The notes beneath the pieces are model-generated. The model was not told the origin of the DNA. It did no database searches and saw nothing but the letters and a program-made list of their open reading frames with translations. A program made the translations under genes and the position numbers. This document shows, piece after piece, positions 41,040 to 54,001 of a DNA stretch of 64,000 bases (position 1 is the stretch's first letter; each line of letters begins with the position of its first letter). Location of the stretch: contig NC_087436.1 of assembly GCF_036321535.1 (NCBI RefSeq), positions 69,132,001 to 69,196,000 on the forward strand. Direction: 5' to 3'. The DNA is from Camelus dromedarius. Its lineage: Eukaryota.

Positions 41040-42480
41040 AATTCTTTATTTCTCTCTCGCTGGGCCAGCAGTTCAGGTGTTCTGTATTGCTAGTCTGATC
41101 AGATGACATGAGCCTTTATCCGCAAACTGCCCTACCCTTCTTGGGTCATGCTTGTTGCAGGTGCGCTCTTAGAGTTCTCATTTGGCACTGAGTTCCACCC
41201 CTCTAAATTGTAGGTACCCCTCTGCATCTTGGATCTCAGATAAATTCCTTCCTTCCCTATCATGTAACTATGATCCTAGCTCCTGACTGTGATCAGGGTC
41301 ACTTGTCCCCACTGATAGTAACTATTTTCCTTGCCCACTGTCCCACTGATGGGAGGAGTCTAAAATGACCATGTGATATTCATAGCTTTAAGTTCAGTGG
41401 TAGCCTTACTGTGACCCATGAAAGAAATGTCTTCACTATCCTACCTCCAGAAGCAGAACCCAGAAGAGTCTGGGTATTGAGGATTTGCAGGCTTGTTCCC
41501 CTACCTCAGGTCTCAGGAGTCCCATTCTCTTTCTATCTAGGCCCTGACTTTGGTCTAGGAAGCTGTTGAGGTTGAGTCTCCTTTGTAGCTCTTTTATCTT
41601 TGCAATTAAATTTTAAGCCTGGTTTTCTGCTGCTACAGAAGAAGAGAATCTCTAAACACTGCCAGGGAGAACTTCTGAATTTCACAGTGTACTTTGATTT
41701 GATATTTGTTCAAACTGAGCTTGTCATTTACTTTTTACAGAACTTCTAAAACTGTGACATTTAAAAAAAATCACTATAAACTATGTAATTAGCATTGTCC
41801 CTATACTTTCTGTAAGTCAATACTTTACCTTCCCCGTGTACCTCACCCAAATTCCTTGTTCCTATCTTGTGTGAATCTTATAAATTGTGATTCGAGTGAA
41901 TGCTAAGAGCTATCACCATCACACATGCCATCAGTAGTGAGATTGTTATTGCCAGGATTGCCAGTGAATTATCCAATTTCCAAGTTTCATCCTGCAGTGT
42001 GCTTTTTAGAGCCAGTTCTGGTACAAACTGTCTCAGTCTATTCCCCTCAGAAAATAGAGCCTGAGATAAGGATCAGAATGTAATAGCTTAGTGAGAGAAT
42101 CCTGGGGTACAGGAGGTAGGGACAGGGAAGGGTGAAACAGGAGGGGAGGAAAGGTAGTACAAGCATATTGCCAAGCTCATCATCACTGTGAGCAACTGGA
42201 ACCTAATCCCGCTGGGACCCAGTAAGAAGCCACGTGGCATGTACTCACAGGTGACTACCTGGAGGATGGGGGAGGGCTCCTATTGAACATACTGCTAGAC
42301 TATGCATATGTGAGTGTTAATGAGCTCCATCAGCAGTTCTATGCAGTGATGTCAAAGAAGCCCTACTGTAGGAAGAGAGAGATCTGGGCTACCAAATTAT
42401 AACCGTGCAGAAGCCCCTTTGCACAGCGAAAACTAGTGAAAAAAGTGGGATAAAAATGTATGACATAGGGATAAGAGATG
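41040..42480 (-). mobile_element. Ancient ERVL/MaLR-class remnant: LTR about 42029-42480 with internal fragments to its left
   Basis: tgtctcagtc...cagaaaatagagcctgagataagga resembles LTR16/33-type ends; adjacent minus-strand tgtaccagaactgg resembles an ERVL PBS. Confidence 0.5.
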
Positions 42481-42621
42481 TGAAATATATAAGAGCCCCC
42501 CCTTTTTCTCTTGTTTCTTTGTAGTATATGGATGAAATATTTTTGACTATTTATGCTACTAAATAAGGTTAACTTTTTATTTTTTAAAATTCTCCTTTGT
42601 TTATCAGTCTATGTATTCTGG

Positions 42622-42648
42622 TTGTGTGTGTGTGTGTGTGTGTGTGCG
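42622..42648. repeat. (TG)n microsatellite
   Basis: About 12 TG units seen directly. Confidence 0.9.
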
Positions 42649-43039
42649 TGGTTATTTATCTTGGCCTTACTCTGCCATTTTATCAGCTATCCCTAAATGT
42701 TGGCTGATCTTTGGTTGTCCATATTTAAGAAAGAGGCAATAGATCGAAGAGATTGCTGGGATCTCTTTGTACCTGTGAAGGATTTGTTAACTGTCTGGCT
42801 TTGACTTTTATGCTGAGTGTGTATTACTAAGCATTACCTAAGGGACCCATAAATTTTAGGATGAGAAAGGCTTTACTTTGATGTGTTACCTTGATTTTAG
42901 TTGCTTTATTTCACCCTGGCCAGTTTATTTCAATTTCTTTAGAAAAGGACGCTAATTTGGGGTAGAGGGGGATTGAGGGTAGGAAGGGTATAGGAATCAC
43001 AGTATAATGCCCTAGCTTCTGGTTTTCCTATTGTCTCAC

Positions 43040-43410
43040 TAATTTTTTTTTTTTTTTTTTTTTTTTTTTTGCACCAGGATCCAATCCAGGATCATATGTT
43101 GCATTTAGTTGTCATGTCTCCTTAGTCTCTTTTAATTGGGGATAATCCCTTGGCCTTTTTTTTTTAATCCTTCTTAATTTTGACAATTTTGATGAATTAT
43201 TGGCTAGTTATTTTAGAGGATGATCCTCAGTTTAGGTTTACTTGATATTTACTCATGATTCAATTCAAATTATGCGTTTTTGGCAATAATGGTGCAGAAG
43301 TGTGATCTCATTTTCAGGAGATACATGATGTTAATGTATCTCAATGGTGATGTTACCTTTGATCACTTGATTAAGGTGATGTCTACAGTTTACTGTGAAG
43401 TTACGATTTT
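43040..43410 (-). mobile_element. Poly-T tract plus old L1MC-like fragment
   Basis: T run 43043-43070 then caggatccaatccaggatca...ttgcatttagttgtcatgtctccttagtctc. Confidence 0.65.
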
Positions 43411-43660
43411 TTAATTTAAAAATGAAATAACTAATACAAATGGCCTAAAATTGTTTATATATATATTTATATATATATATGTTACACATACAGATATATA
43501 AAATTTCTAATACTAAATGAAAATTTATGCAATATTATTAATATCAAACAAGTAGAAGAAAAGATGGAAAGTATGAAATGTGTTAAACATTTCTATGGTT
43601 AGAAGTAATTTACTAAGAATCAACACATAAGAAAAATTGTGAAATTTTTATGTACCCTCA

Positions 43661-44198
43661 TGTAAGCAGGAAACTGCTCTCAGCAAGAAACCCCTTTTGC
43701 CTTCTCACTTTACCAAAGCTACATTGTAACTAACTTTTAAATCAGGCAACCTCATGCTCTACTCACCTCCAGCCCAAGCACATTTTTCAAACCTTTTGAT
43801 CAAATAATACTTGCCCAACCTGTTGGTTCTTTTAATAGATCAAAGAAATAGAAATGAAGAATAAGTAATTAACAGATATCTAGATCTCTTTCCTAGCTTC
43901 CCCTTGACTATGTGAACAAAGTAGCATCAAAAGAAAGATAATAGTCAGCAAGCCTGCATGCAGTAGGAGATGGCTATGAGTTTGATCCCCTTTCTCAGTG
44001 ATTAATTGAGATTGCTTCTCCTTTTCCCTTTAAAACTTCCATGGCTGAGCAGAATCTTCAGAGTTGTTTTGGGGGATATGTAAGTCTGCCTTCTCCCCAG
44101 ATTTCTGGCATTCTTTAAAAGTAACTTTCCTTTCTACCAACAATTGCCTCTTGGTATTGATTTTCAAATGGCAAACAGCTGGATGGGAGTTTGGGAAC
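43661..44198 (+). mobile_element. ERV1-type solo LTR
   Basis: Starts TGTAAG; ccctttaaaa TATA-like box; U5-like tctgccttctcccca...tttcctttctaccaac. Confidence 0.55.
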
Positions 44199-45449
44199 CT
44201 TCAGAAACTGATAGATCAAGCAAACAAAAATTAGTATGAAAGTTGATTTTTTTTGGCAACAAAAGTAACAAGATTTATCTTTTGAATCCTGCAGCTCCAA
44301 ATAGAGTGTATGCATTCTTTTCAGGAGCACACAGATGTAACATTTTATAAAAATTGACCTTAGGCAAGGTCACAAATGAAATCTCAGCAAATTCTCAGTA
44401 TTTATATAAGACATCTCTGACTATAGTGCAATAAAATTTCTAAAAATAATTAAAAAGGAATGCCCCATCCTCGAAATACACACTTAAGAGTTCCATTCAG
44501 TGTAGTGGACTGAGCTGATTATAAACGACTCAACCCTCCCCACTTCTGCTTCAGTCGCATGTACATCTTGAAGAAAAGACAACATAGGACAACATACACA
44601 GCCAAATATGCTAACAATTTATGGATATCCTCTTTTGGTTTCATAAGAGGAAATTGCATGAATAAATGATTGTAGGAGATATACAACAGTAGTTTGGAAA
44701 GGAATTAAAAAAGATAAAGACATTATCAAATAAGGATCAAAATTTACTCTGTCTACAGAATGCAGTGACTATAGGCTAAAAAAATTATATGGAAATGGTC
44801 ATCCCCTAGACCCCAGCAGAGGCAATCAAGAAACCATTCTGAAGGGATGCTTTTACAATACAAGACATGTGGAATATTTGAAGAAATCAACACCCATTGA
44901 AGATTAATTCATGAAAACCACATGAGGAAATAACCAACCATACAAAACAGGGTGATTAGCACCCACGGTTTTTAGATAGAAAAAAAAATCAGGATGAGCT
45001 TTTTAAAGTAAGCACATTTAACATGTTCAGAGATGAAGCAGTTAATAAGCATGGGTATGGGTGGGATGGTTGAATATAAAAAGAACCATTTAGAAATTCT
45101 AGAAATCAGAAATACACTCATTGATTATACGAAATAAAATGGGACTGAATGGAAGATCAAAAGAATGAACAAGACCAGCTATAGAGAGAATTAGCGCATT
45201 TGCTTTCTTGACTGAACCTCAGCTGATAGAGCCCCCTAGACCTAAAGGCTCTAGGAATTTTCAGTCAACTGATTAGAATGTGTGTTATTTGCTAACACCT
45301 TACATCAGAAGCCCCCTGATTATCTGCTGTGCTTCTAAAGCTCTCGTTTCTAATTGTTTTCCTGGCCTTATTTCCCCATCCTGTGCTACTCTGCAGTATT
45401 TGTGATCTGATTCAGTGTGTTTGCCTCAGTTTTTATTTCCTTCAATCCT

Positions 45450-45936
45450 TGTCATGGGATCCAGTGGGCCAGTGAGAAGACAGTAAAAGAATTTACCAGA
45501 GATGAAGGAGGAGAGTAGTAAAGAAGTTTATTTGGTACGCTGCCACAGACAGCAGTGGGCCAGACAGACGAGAGGTGCCTGTGTGTGCCCTGATGGTGAA
45601 AGCTTAGGGTCCTTTATGGGGAGGGGTTGGTGAACACAATGGGTTGGGGGCTGTGTAATCAGCTCATGCACAAGTTTCTGATTGGTTGTAGATGAAGTGA
45701 GGAAGTTAGGGTCCATGAAGGGGCAGTGGGATTTATGACTCTGAAAAGGATATGTGGGTCAAAACAAACCAGCCCGAGCTATTGTGAGAGTAGCCCATTT
45801 CCTAAGGCTATTAATGCTGCTGGGCAAACACAAGTCAGGAAAGAATGTACTTTAACTTTTGAGGGATTGCAGGCGGACACCTGGGAGCCCAGGAATGGGG
45901 ATTGTTGGACTTTGAAGGGTGCCAGTTGGCCTCACA
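45450..45936 (-). repeat. 3' LTR
   Basis: Direct repeat of 54023-54509; preceded in viral sense by PPT-like AGGGGGAC (45937-45944). Confidence 0.95.
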
Positions 45937-46189
45937 GTCCCCCTAATAGATTGGCAGTGACAAATCTTTGGAAGAGGGGTGATGGTCTCTTCTTCTGTGG
46001 CTACTTCCTGCTGAACAAGGGCATCACGCTGTCCCTGCCTATCATGCCAGTCTGTCCAGGGCGCGCGGTGGTCCTGGCGTCCCAAAGAAATCCGACTGCC
46101 TAAAGGACGGCCAGGAAGGAGACTCCGGTGGCGTCTGAGGGCTGCATCATCATAGCACTGGCACGGATCATGGCATCTTCAGCAGAGTG

Positions 46190-47877
46190 AGTGTATCTGC
46201 CTCTAATCTCGTGAAACTTGGATCTCAAAAAAAGAGACAATCATTTTTGTAAGAAAGGGATACAAGACAAAAATACATATACCAAGATAAACAGCCAGTC
46301 CTAGTAAAAGTATGGAGAGGAGTAATTTTAAAATGCCTAGAAATAAGGACCTTATTCCGTCAGGGATCCAGGAAAAGACACTGGAAAACCAGTCAATGAC
46401 CTGTTTGGTGAGTACTGTAAGCACTGGCATCCCCTTAAGTGTTTATGTGAGTTTGTAACTGGGTGAGGAGAGTAGAAACTTTACCTAACTCGTCAGGGAT
46501 GTAAGTACAGCACTCAGTATGTATTACTTAGCATGTGCAAGTCTTACATGCAGTTTCGTAAGACTCTCCTCATTCGGATCATCTCTGTATTGAATAAAAA
46601 TGTAATTTCCTTGGCATCACTTAGTGCTTTTTGTGTAAATTTTTCTAGAGCTTCTAGACGAAGGGTTACATCCTCTAACCCAGCTGAGGGATATATAGAG
46701 TTTAGTAAGTGATTGTAGCATTGGAAAACTGACCTGGTCCGCTGAGCACGTAACAGGGGAGGTTGGCTGTTTTTGCACTCTGGAGTGAGGCCCATATATG
46801 TACCTGAGCCCAGGGGAAACCGAATGTGCACTGGCCAATCCACACGTTTAGCAGCCAAGGCCAGAGATTGGACTCATACATCCATTTAGTTCCATTGAGG
46901 GCCAGGGAATCTGGAATTTGTGGATCCAGTTAGTTCCAAACCAATCAGACTACTTGAGATATACAGTCGCTCCACATGGTCTGAGGATGTCCATCTAACA
47001 TGACTAGTGAAATTTGGCCAAGTATCATGGGAATGATTTCTTTGTTCCCAACATAAGGGAGTGGGTGCAGCTGAGCCAACCATATTCGGGAGTAAGCCAG
47101 AAAGTGCCATCCCGTATTTGGGAGTACCTGTCGTTTCTTCTCTCTAGGCGTGGTGGAAGTTTCCAAGACCAGTCTCCCTGACGTTTTAACTAGGTCATCG
47201 CTCATTCCTGCTGAGAATAGGTCTCATAAACGGAAACAAAAAATTATGCCCTGGGTTTGATTATGTAAAATTAATTTTCCACATGAGAGGGTTCCATTCA
47301 CTAACGTCTGGATCATTTAAAATACTGTCAATCTCTCTGAGCCCCTGTATGAGCTTTGCAAGTTGGATCCAATAGGACCCCTGCAAAAGGGAAACCCACG
47401 AAGGGAGCCCCAAAAATCTGGAGACTGGCAGTTGGCCACAGATCCGGAAATTGGAGTAAACACTTTAGCATAGGAAAAAGCCCATCCCCAAAAGCTGTTT
47501 CCTATAACAGTAAGGGGTGAAGTAAGAAGGAAAATCAGAACAACTGGGTGTCATATTTAATATTCTAAGTAAAGATTAATTTCATCAGGTGTAAAATCAG
47601 AAGTCACCTTGAAGATATAGATCAGGAATTAAATCTGTAAACTGTTTCAGAAAAAGAAAGAAGACCTTAAACGGGAATTTCAGTTAATGTTGAAAGAATA
47701 ATGTCATAAAATAGGGCAGGTCGAGAACTTAGTACCAGTCAGCACAAGGATGGGAAGTGCAGGGATTAGCAAGGCTTGGAGCAACAGAAAGTAAGAAGTA
47801 TAATAAGACAAAATGCTACCAGGAATAGCTAAGGAAACAAGGGCCACTGATGGGGTTAGCCAGCAGGTGGCGCCCAT
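46190..47877 (-). pseudogene. env: env remnant
   Basis: Furin-like RAQRTR; LEALEKFTQKALSD; decayed ISD region MRRVLRNCM*D; C*VIHTECCTYIPD (CX6CC); hydrophobic TM in ORF 46203..46430; many stops. Confidence 0.85.
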
Positions 47878-47880
47878 GAG

Positions 47881-50800
47881 TTAGGAATTGGGATTCAGAG
47901 CACCAGGTTTTCTCCTGAACAACAGGCAGAGATCCTCCACAGGTTCGCAGCTGTCGGCGGTTTTTGCTGGAGACGCCTCAGCCACTTCTAACGGCAACGG
48001 GGCGGCAACCTCCATGCGGGGCAGCTGGACCCAAGAAGCAAACCCGTTGAACCTGACTGCCGTAGGGCTGGTTAAAAGCACCTGATGCGGTCCGGCCCAA
48101 GCCAGCTGAAGTGGCTGTTTATCCTGAGGGAGAATTTTAAAGTAAACCCAACCCCAGGGTGGGGGAATTTTGGCTGTGAGTTTCCCTGAAAGTTGGGGAT
48201 CAGGCTTTGGACTAAATTTATCACAATATTCATGAAGAGACTTAACATTCTGGCCTGAAGTTATTGGGCGAGAGAATGATTTCCAGAATCTATTAGTAAA
48301 TGCGTCTGGAGAAACGGCCGGCCGGAAAGGAGCTCCAAACGCTTAAATGTGTCTGGCTTGGGAGCCGTCCGCGCGGAGTGAGGCGGCGGGAAGAAGAGCC
48401 GGCAAGATGGCGGAGTTTCCTCCGCGGGCGTTTCCTTACAAGGCTCTCAAGGGTCTGGTGGGCCTTTCCACGCAGCCTGAGGCCTGGGGTAAGTCATGTT
48501 CAGTCTGAAGGGTTTCTGGCACTCTTTGTGTCATCTATGAAGCAAAGCTGAGGCCCATATCCGATTGTAGCAAAGGAGGCAAACCAAAACGAGGGACGTA
48601 TGTTCTGTCAAAGCACTATTTCCCTCTGAGGCCCTTCAGTTTGAGTAGATAAGGCCTCAGTCCATCCAGTAAACGTGTCAACAAATACCGAGAGATATTT
48701 TAAGCCCTTACAAGGAGGCATGTTGGTGAAACCTATCTGCCAGTCCTCTCCGGGTAAAGTTCCTTATCTCTGAAGGGGGTGTAATGAAGGAGGCGGCTTC
48801 AAAGGGCGCCCTCGGCATCTGTCCGACAGCGAGGAAGGCGGGCTCGAGGGATGTTACGTATTGTCCGGGAAATCACTTTTCCTACAGAAGTGAGTGGTAT
48901 TGAGGCCTGTAAGGCTTTGGCCCCAAGGTGTGTGATTTGGCGAAGGTTGTGTAACAGCTTCCATTGTAAGGCCCCTGGAAGCAACAGTTTACCCTGTTTT
49001 TAAACCATCCTTCTGGGGTAAAGACGAAGCCTGTCCCTGTTGCCTTTTGGATTTCTTCCTCGGTGTGATGTGGAGTGAGAGGTGTAAAGGCTGGACGAGG
49101 GCTGCCTGTGTGGGGAGTTTTGCTGCTTCCCTAGCCTGTTTATCTGCCCTATTTCCTTGGGGGATTTCGCCGTGTCCCTTTTGGTGTGCTTGACAATGAA
49201 TTATTGCCACTCGTCGGGGGAGCACGACGGCTTCTTGTAAAGCCACGATTTCTGGGGTGTGTTTTATTGGAGTATTTTGTGCTGTGAGGAGACCTCGTTC
49301 TCGCCAGATGGCAGCATGGGCATGAACAACATGAAAAGCATAGGACGAGTCTGTGTAAAGATTTAGTCTCCTATCAGCTCCAAGTTGTAAAGCTCTGAAT
49401 TCTGCCTTTGGAGCTGAGGTGGAGCCCCATGGAAGCGGCCCCGATTCTGTAACCTCTGTGAGCCTTACTGCTGTGTAGCCTGACAGCCTTACTCCATTTA
49501 AAATAAAACTACTGCTGTCAGTAAACCGTGTGTCATCTGGATCGTCAATGGGTGTATCTGGAAGGTCCTGCTTGGCTGGGCAAGTTACTTCTAGCATTTA
49601 GAGACAGGAATGTTCCAAAAAGGAGTTAGAGTTGGGGTTAGGAAGTAGGGGAGCAGGGTCTAATGTTGCGTTCGGGGGTTTCTAAAAATAGAGTTTGGTA
49701 TTTAGTCATTTGGCTGTCTGAAATACAGTGAAATGCTTGGGGGTTTTGGATGTCTAAAACTTGGTGGGGGTATAAATGGTCATCCCCTGTTCCAAGGTTA
49801 ATTTAGATGCTGCTTCTACCTATAAAGCTGTAGATGCCAATGCCCTGAGGCAAAGGTGCCATCCTTGAGAGAAGGATCCAGATTTTTGGATAAATAGGCT
49901 ACTGGGTGCTGAGTGGGTCCCAAGGCTTGGATAAGGACCCCCAAGGTGACACCTTACTTTTCACATATGAATAAGAAGAAAACCTTTTGTAAGTTTGTCA
50001 GGGCCAGGGCTGAGGCCGTTGAAAAAGCTTCTTTAAGAGTTGTCAAGGCCCGGTTCATTTCTGGGGTACATTCTGAGGGCTCATTTTCTGGTCCTCGTAA
50101 GGCCTCATAAAGGGATTTAGTTATGAGGTCAAATTGGGGTATCTAAGTTCCGCAAAACCCTGGCACGCCCAAGAAAGAACACAGCTGTTGCTTGGTTGTG
50201 GATAACTCCCATATCTAAGATTGTCTCCTCTGAGTTGGCAGACTTTTGGTTACTGCGGTTAATATGAGTTTGAGGAATTATACTTCCTGTGCAGTTATTT
50301 GGGCCTTAGAGGGAGAAACTTTATATCCATTGGAGGCCAATTTTTGTAACACCATGATAAGGTTAGAATTTGAGGATTCCTTCTCAGGGCTGTGTATCAG
50401 CAAGTCATCTATGTATTGAAACAAGGCACTGCCTGCAGAGAATTATAAAGTGGAAAGATCCAAGCAAGTGAGGGCTATCCTTAAGTCCCTTGGGCAGAAC
50501 TATCCAGGTTAGTTGTTGGGGATCTTGGGTTTCCAGATTATGCATTTGAAGGCACAGAAATTAAGAGTCAAGGTGAACAAGGGTACAGAAAAAGATGTCT
50601 TTAAGATCCAACACTGTGTACCAGGAGGTCTCAGCTGGAATTTGTCCCCAAAGAGTGTAGGGGTTTGGCACAATGGGATGGACAGGAATTACAGCCTCAT
50701 TGATAGCCCTAAGATCTTGAACCATTCTAAATGCTCCATCTGGCTTTTTAACCGCTAGAATGGGGGTGTTACACGGAGAGTTGCAGGGGCTTAATAGACC

Positions 50801-51050
50801 AGCTGTTAAGAATTTTGTTGTTAGAAATTGCAAGCCCCTATGGGCTTCTAATTTTAGAAGATCCTGAAGCTTTCTAGGAAAGGAAATAAGATCTTTTAAT
50901 TGGACTTTTACAGGTTTTGCAAAAAGAGCTCTCCATGGAGTAGCTATGTCCCAGCCTTCTGGAGCACTTGTAAATAAACAGCAGGAGGGAGAGCCTGGAG
51001 AGCCTGTGAAGCCTGCTGTAGAGGAATGAGTGAGGCCAGTAGAGGGCAAA
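47881..51050 (-). pseudogene. pol: pol remnant (RT, RNase H, integrase)
   Basis: SPCNTPILAVKKPDGAFRMVQDLRAIN and VLDLKD; QYIDDLL near 50401-50418; RNase H LNLYTDSSYAF...IIHCQAHQKG; integrase PGEDWQ...FVDTFTGW and WAGPHQVLLTSPTAV; frameshifts and stops. Confidence 0.93.
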
Positions 51051-51385
51051 CATGCTCTGGCAAGTGGCCCTTTGCTTGGAGCTTAGTCATAATATCTCTG
51101 CCTAACAAGGGAGTGGGACATTGAGAAAGAACAAGGAAAGCATGTGTAAAAACAATTTTCCTAGTGTACAGACTAATGGTGCAATAAAGTGGCTTGTTTA
51201 TGGTTGGTTGTCTATACTGGTGAGGAGGCTTGAGTACTAAAAGATTGGACCAGAGAAATTAAGGCAGAGTGCGTGGCTCCTGTGTCAGCTAAAAATTCAG
51301 CCTTACCACCTGCCACATCCAAGATCACCCAGGGCTCTGCCATTGAGGTAGAAAGCATGGGAGCCTGCACAGCCTCTGGGGCCCT
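51050..51385 (-). pseudogene. pro: pro remnant (aspartic protease)
   Basis: EPWVILDVAGGKAEFLADTGATHSAL and PLLGRDIMTKL; in frame directly after the gag TGA at 51386-51388 (readthrough type). Confidence 0.9.
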
Positions 51386-53103
51386 TCAGTCAAGGATAGA
51401 ATTGTAATCATCGCCGTCTTCGTAGGGCTCTTCATGATTGAGGAGCAGGGTCAAGGGCATCTGCTGGCCAGCCACAGGCTTAAGCCGTGGCGAGGGGGTC
51501 TGGAGTGAGGATGGCCCTCTCCCACGAGGGAGAGAGGGACAGTCCCGTCTCCAGTGTCCCTTCTTCTTGCAGATGGGGCGTGGCCCTGCAGAGACCTCCG
51601 GTCTTGGCTGATATGTCCTGGTTGTTGGCACTGGGACCAAACAGGAGAGGGCCCAAGAGACGTAGGCTCTTTCTTGGGGGCCGGTGTCCCGTAGGGCCTC
51701 GGCTGAGTTGAACCTGGCAGGGAGTGGGCAATAGTGGCTGCCATGTATTTAGCCTGCTGCTTGTCTCTTTCTTTGTCCTTTTTGCCTGTTCAGCCCACGA
51801 TATTTCCTCCCAGTTGTTGAAAACCTTAAAGACTGTCTAGTAGGACAGGAAAAGGAGTTTGTGGTCCCTGTTCAAGCCACTGAAGTTTATGTATAATGTC
51901 GGGTGTGACTTGGCTAATGAAATGGACTGCAAGAATGGAAGGTCCTCTGTGTTTTCTGGGTCAAGATTTGTATATTTTGTCATTGCCTCTGCCAACTAGG
52001 AATGAAAAAGGGCTGGATTTTCATCTGGTCCCTAGGTAATTTCCCTCAGTCTGGTATAATTAACAGGCTTAAAAGTGACCTTCTTCATCCTTTCTATTAA
52101 ACAAATAATCATGTGATTATGGTATTCCCTCCTGGTGTTCCTCTCTTGATAAGACCACTGGGGATCTGAGTCAGGGACTGCTTCCTTCCCAGACCTAGAT
52201 GAACCTCTAGATCTAGGATTTTGGGTGGCGTGAGCATGGACCTTGTCAGCCCAGCTCTGAGCCGAGGACCAAATGTGAGTTTTTTCTTCATGTGTAACAG
52301 GTGGTGAAAATAACAAATATGTCCTGCCAGGTCAGATCAAAGGCTGTGGTGAGGGCCTGAAATTCCTGTATGAAGTGAGAAGGGTTCTGGCTAAAAGAGC
52401 CTAATTTGTATTTGTGGGAGACTTGGCAGAGGGAAAGGGACGTGGACCTGAATCGTGCCCACTTTGCCATTAGCAACCTCAAGAAAGGGTAACAGATTCC
52501 CTTGCTTTGAGGCTTCTGGAATAGTAGTCTTAACTGGGGATGCTGGTCCTGTTGTGTCAAAAATAACACCTGCTCTAGTATGTGGTGGGGAGAAGGGATT
52601 CTAATAGCAAGGAGGGATCGGGGAGGAGAAATAAGAATCTGAAGAAGTCCCTGAGTTAGAGGCCATTGGATGCAATGAAGGGTACAGAGAAGGGAACTGA
52701 TTATTGTTAGGAACCTGGGAAAGTAAAGGGTCATCTAGAATATCTGGTTGCTGTTAGATGCTGGTGAGCCAGAGGGTGGCGATGCCTCTAAGTATTGGGA
52801 AAGAGACATGCAGCAATTTTTACAGAGATCTGAATCTTGGGAGATGGCCATAAAGGCATGAACATAGGGGACCTAAGACTGTTTGTTCAACTTGTGACAG
52901 AAGAGATCAAACTGATAGATGGTGTTATAGTTTAGAGTCCTATGAAGGGGCCAAGTCTCCTGATCTGGGAGTTGGTACTATGGCCAGGTGGTAGAGAGAA
53001 AGACAAGACATCTTTTCTTTAATGTCTGGGGATCAAACTTATGGCAGTTCTTTAAAATGCAGCCCAAAGGTGAGTCCTGGGGGATTGAGAAGACCTGCCC
53101 TAT
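51386..53103 (-). pseudogene. gag: gag remnant
   Basis: Start mutated to ATA, then GQVFSIPQDSPLGCILKN; capsid LGSFSQNPSHFIQEFQALTTAFDLTWQD; knuckle ICKKKGHWRRDC; disrupted. Confidence 0.9.
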
Positions 53104-54001
53104 AGTGATTAGAGGAGGAGAAAAGAAAACACCCACAAAGGGACTGTCAAACCCGTAATCTGGGGCATCACATCAGAAAAGAGAAGCCTGTAGCACTAGG
53201 GGCCTACGGAAATGTTAGAAACAGAAGAAAGGACAGGGAGACTCACCAAATTGAGGCTTCTGTCTGGCACATGATGGTCAAAGACAGGAGGCTTAGCCAA
53301 TCTGCAGGTATGATCCACAAAAAGCGGAGAGAAGACAGAGGTGCACCAAATGGGTCAGGCCCGAGAACTAAGAAGTGTTTCGATAGCCAAGGCCAGAACA
53401 AGGGAAAGGTGGAGGGAAGGGAGTAAGAAGAGAGGGAAGATGAAGTGGGTATTGGGCCAGATGGTGTGCTGCCTATGAGGGGGCTCCAAGTGCTGTGACA
53501 CACTGAGTCATCCCCACCTTGTATGGGTCTGGGGCCAACCAGGAGACAGGGTCCTGGGTGTCTCAAGGCACTGGATGACTAGTCCTTATGTGTGCCTTCT
53601 CCAATGAGAGAGTCCTTTCTGACCCAGGGATGGAGTATGGAGTGAGATTTGCATTCGCCTTGGGGGCTAAACATCCAGTCCCATTTGTTAGACTGCATTT
53701 CAGGGCTTGCTGAGAGTAGCCCAGCCAGAGCCCACCAGTCACTGGTGAGACTTTGGGGAAGTCCCGAACTCTAGGAAAAGGCAGGAGAGTAAGAGAGAGA
53801 ACAAAGCAGAGAGAGAGAGGGAAGGAGTATCCCTGCCTAGAGAACAAAGCCTGCAGGGAAGCCTTTCCTGACAATGGGACGTCCTAAATGTTCTCCAACC
53901 CTCCGCACTCCCAAGGGAGTCTGGCGCAGAGAAATGCCTAGGAGCTTCTGATCAATCCAGGGAGAGCCCCAGTAGGAAGAAGGGAGAAGAGAGATATCCC
54001 G

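Noticed and set aside
45528..46103. Duplicated ORFs also seen at 54101-54622
   Set aside because: Chance ORFs inside the two LTR copies, not a gene duplication
46190..47877. Domesticated syncytin-like env
   Set aside because: Multiple stops and frameshifts and a damaged immunosuppressive domain
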